Of a stretch of 64,000 nt of DNA, positions 63,302-64,000 are shown in pieces (positions within the stretch are counted from its first letter, which is position 1; the number at the start of each line of letters is the position of its first letter). Both the position numbers and the translations under genes were made by a program. The DNA is taken from the NCBI GenBank assembly GCA_010093605.1, contig MU004192.1, positions 1,124,882-1,188,881 on the forward strand, given 5' to 3'. The notes under the pieces were generated by a model. The model was given only the letters and a program-made list of their open reading frames with translations, had not been told where the DNA came from and did no database searches. The stretch comes from Lophium mytilinum. Taxonomy: Eukaryota.

Positions 63302-64000
63302 ATGGGTCCAGCAAGAGCGACGCGTCGTTCAAAACCCAAAAAACCCTCAACGAACCCACCCGTAACCCCGAGTCCTCTTCGACAAGAAACGGTTCCAGAA
63401 GGGGTCACAGCATCTGGAAAGGCCGCCAATAGTAGTACCAAGAGACCCAGTCTGTTTTCGCAACCCCTGGGATCAAGCCCTCCACTCTTCGGTCAGCAAC
63501 CCCAAGGGTACCGCCCTCTGATTTTCGGTCCAGGGTCAAACACTTCACTCTTCGGTCAGCAACCCCTAGGCCCCCGCCCTTCACTCTTCGATCAGCAACC
63601 CCAAGGGTTCCGCCCTCCGCTTTTTGGTCAACAGCCCCAAGGGTCCCGCTCTCTGCTTTTCGGTCAGCAAGTCCTAGGATCAACATCTCCTCTTTTCCCG
63701 GGACGCAGCTTCTTTAACGACCCAGAAACAACGTTCCCTTACCCAGTCCCCCCTTTGCACCTACAATCACACCCGGGTTCAAGCCCTTCAGTTGTAAATC
63801 GAGGACCAGACAGCGTTGCTCAGTCCCATCTCCCGCACTTACATTCACCTCCTGGCTCAAGCCCTCCGCTCAGCAACTCCACACCCAACGTTCTCCTCGC
63901 CCACCGCCGCTTGCAGGAAGCACAATCAATTCCTGCTTCAAGCCCTCTGTCTTCAAGCCCTCCAGGCCCCAGCACTTCAAGTTTAGTTTCGAGTAGTCGC
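63302..64000 (+). CDS. Low-complexity protein with xLFGQQ repeats, 5' part (runs off the window end)
   Basis: Open from ATG 63302 to the end (233 codons): MGPARATRRSKPKKP...PVTPSPLRQ...PPLFGQQPQG..LIFG..SLFGQQPLG..SLFDQQPQG..PLFGQQPQG..LLFGQQ. Confidence 0.65.
   Translation, partial: MGPARATRRSKPKKPSTNPPVTPSPLRQETVPEGVTASGKAANSSTKRPSLFSQPLGSSPPLFGQQPQGYRPLIFGPGSNTSLFGQQPLGPRPSLFDQQPQGFRPPLFGQQPQGSRSLLFGQQVLGSTSPLFPGRSFFNDPETTFPYPVPPLHLQSHPGSSPSVVNRGPDSVAQSHLPHLHSPPGSSPPLSNSTPNVLLAHRRLQEAQSIPASSPLSSSPPGPSTSSLVSSSR
63459..63690. repeat. 36-bp coding minisatellite, about 6 units
   Basis: Unit like gcaacccc(t/a)(g/a)gg...ccct.c.ct.ttcggtca, one unit shortened to 27 bp; frame preserved. Confidence 0.88.

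Noticed and set aside
63405..63686. Minus-strand GVADRR repeat ORF
   Set aside because: Antisense reading of the 36-bp repeat; the plus strand has an ATG-initiated frame open to the window end

Overview
Gene-dense chromosome segment of a filamentous ascomycete (Pezizomycotina; short GT-AG introns with CTRAC branch points, clear RIP damage). It holds housekeeping genes (QNS1 5' end, LAP3/bleomycin hydrolase, HUL5-type HECT ligase, RIB3, KRS1, reticulon, beta-carbonic anhydrase), a GAF-type hybrid histidine kinase, three transcription factors, an MFS efflux pump, a small Cys-rich secreted protein and a RIP-destroyed Tc1/mariner element. Three things stand out. (1) A candidate (R)-amine catabolic cluster: fold-IV (R)-selective amine transaminase divergently paired with D-amino-acid oxidase, next to a Zn2Cys6 regulator and an amine/choline-type permease, with an esterase and a ketopantoate-reductase-like gene alongside. 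(2) A dispersed family of intergenic clusters and tandem arrays built on one ~17-bp motif (approx. GGCACYTCARACRGYGGT), mostly in inverted pairs, at about seven sites, each downstream of a gene 3' end. (3) Two tandem [D5,6]-type spliceosomal twin introns flanking a skippable exon in the reticulon gene. All calls come from manual reading and motif recognition; no searches were run, and exon boundaries are manual.
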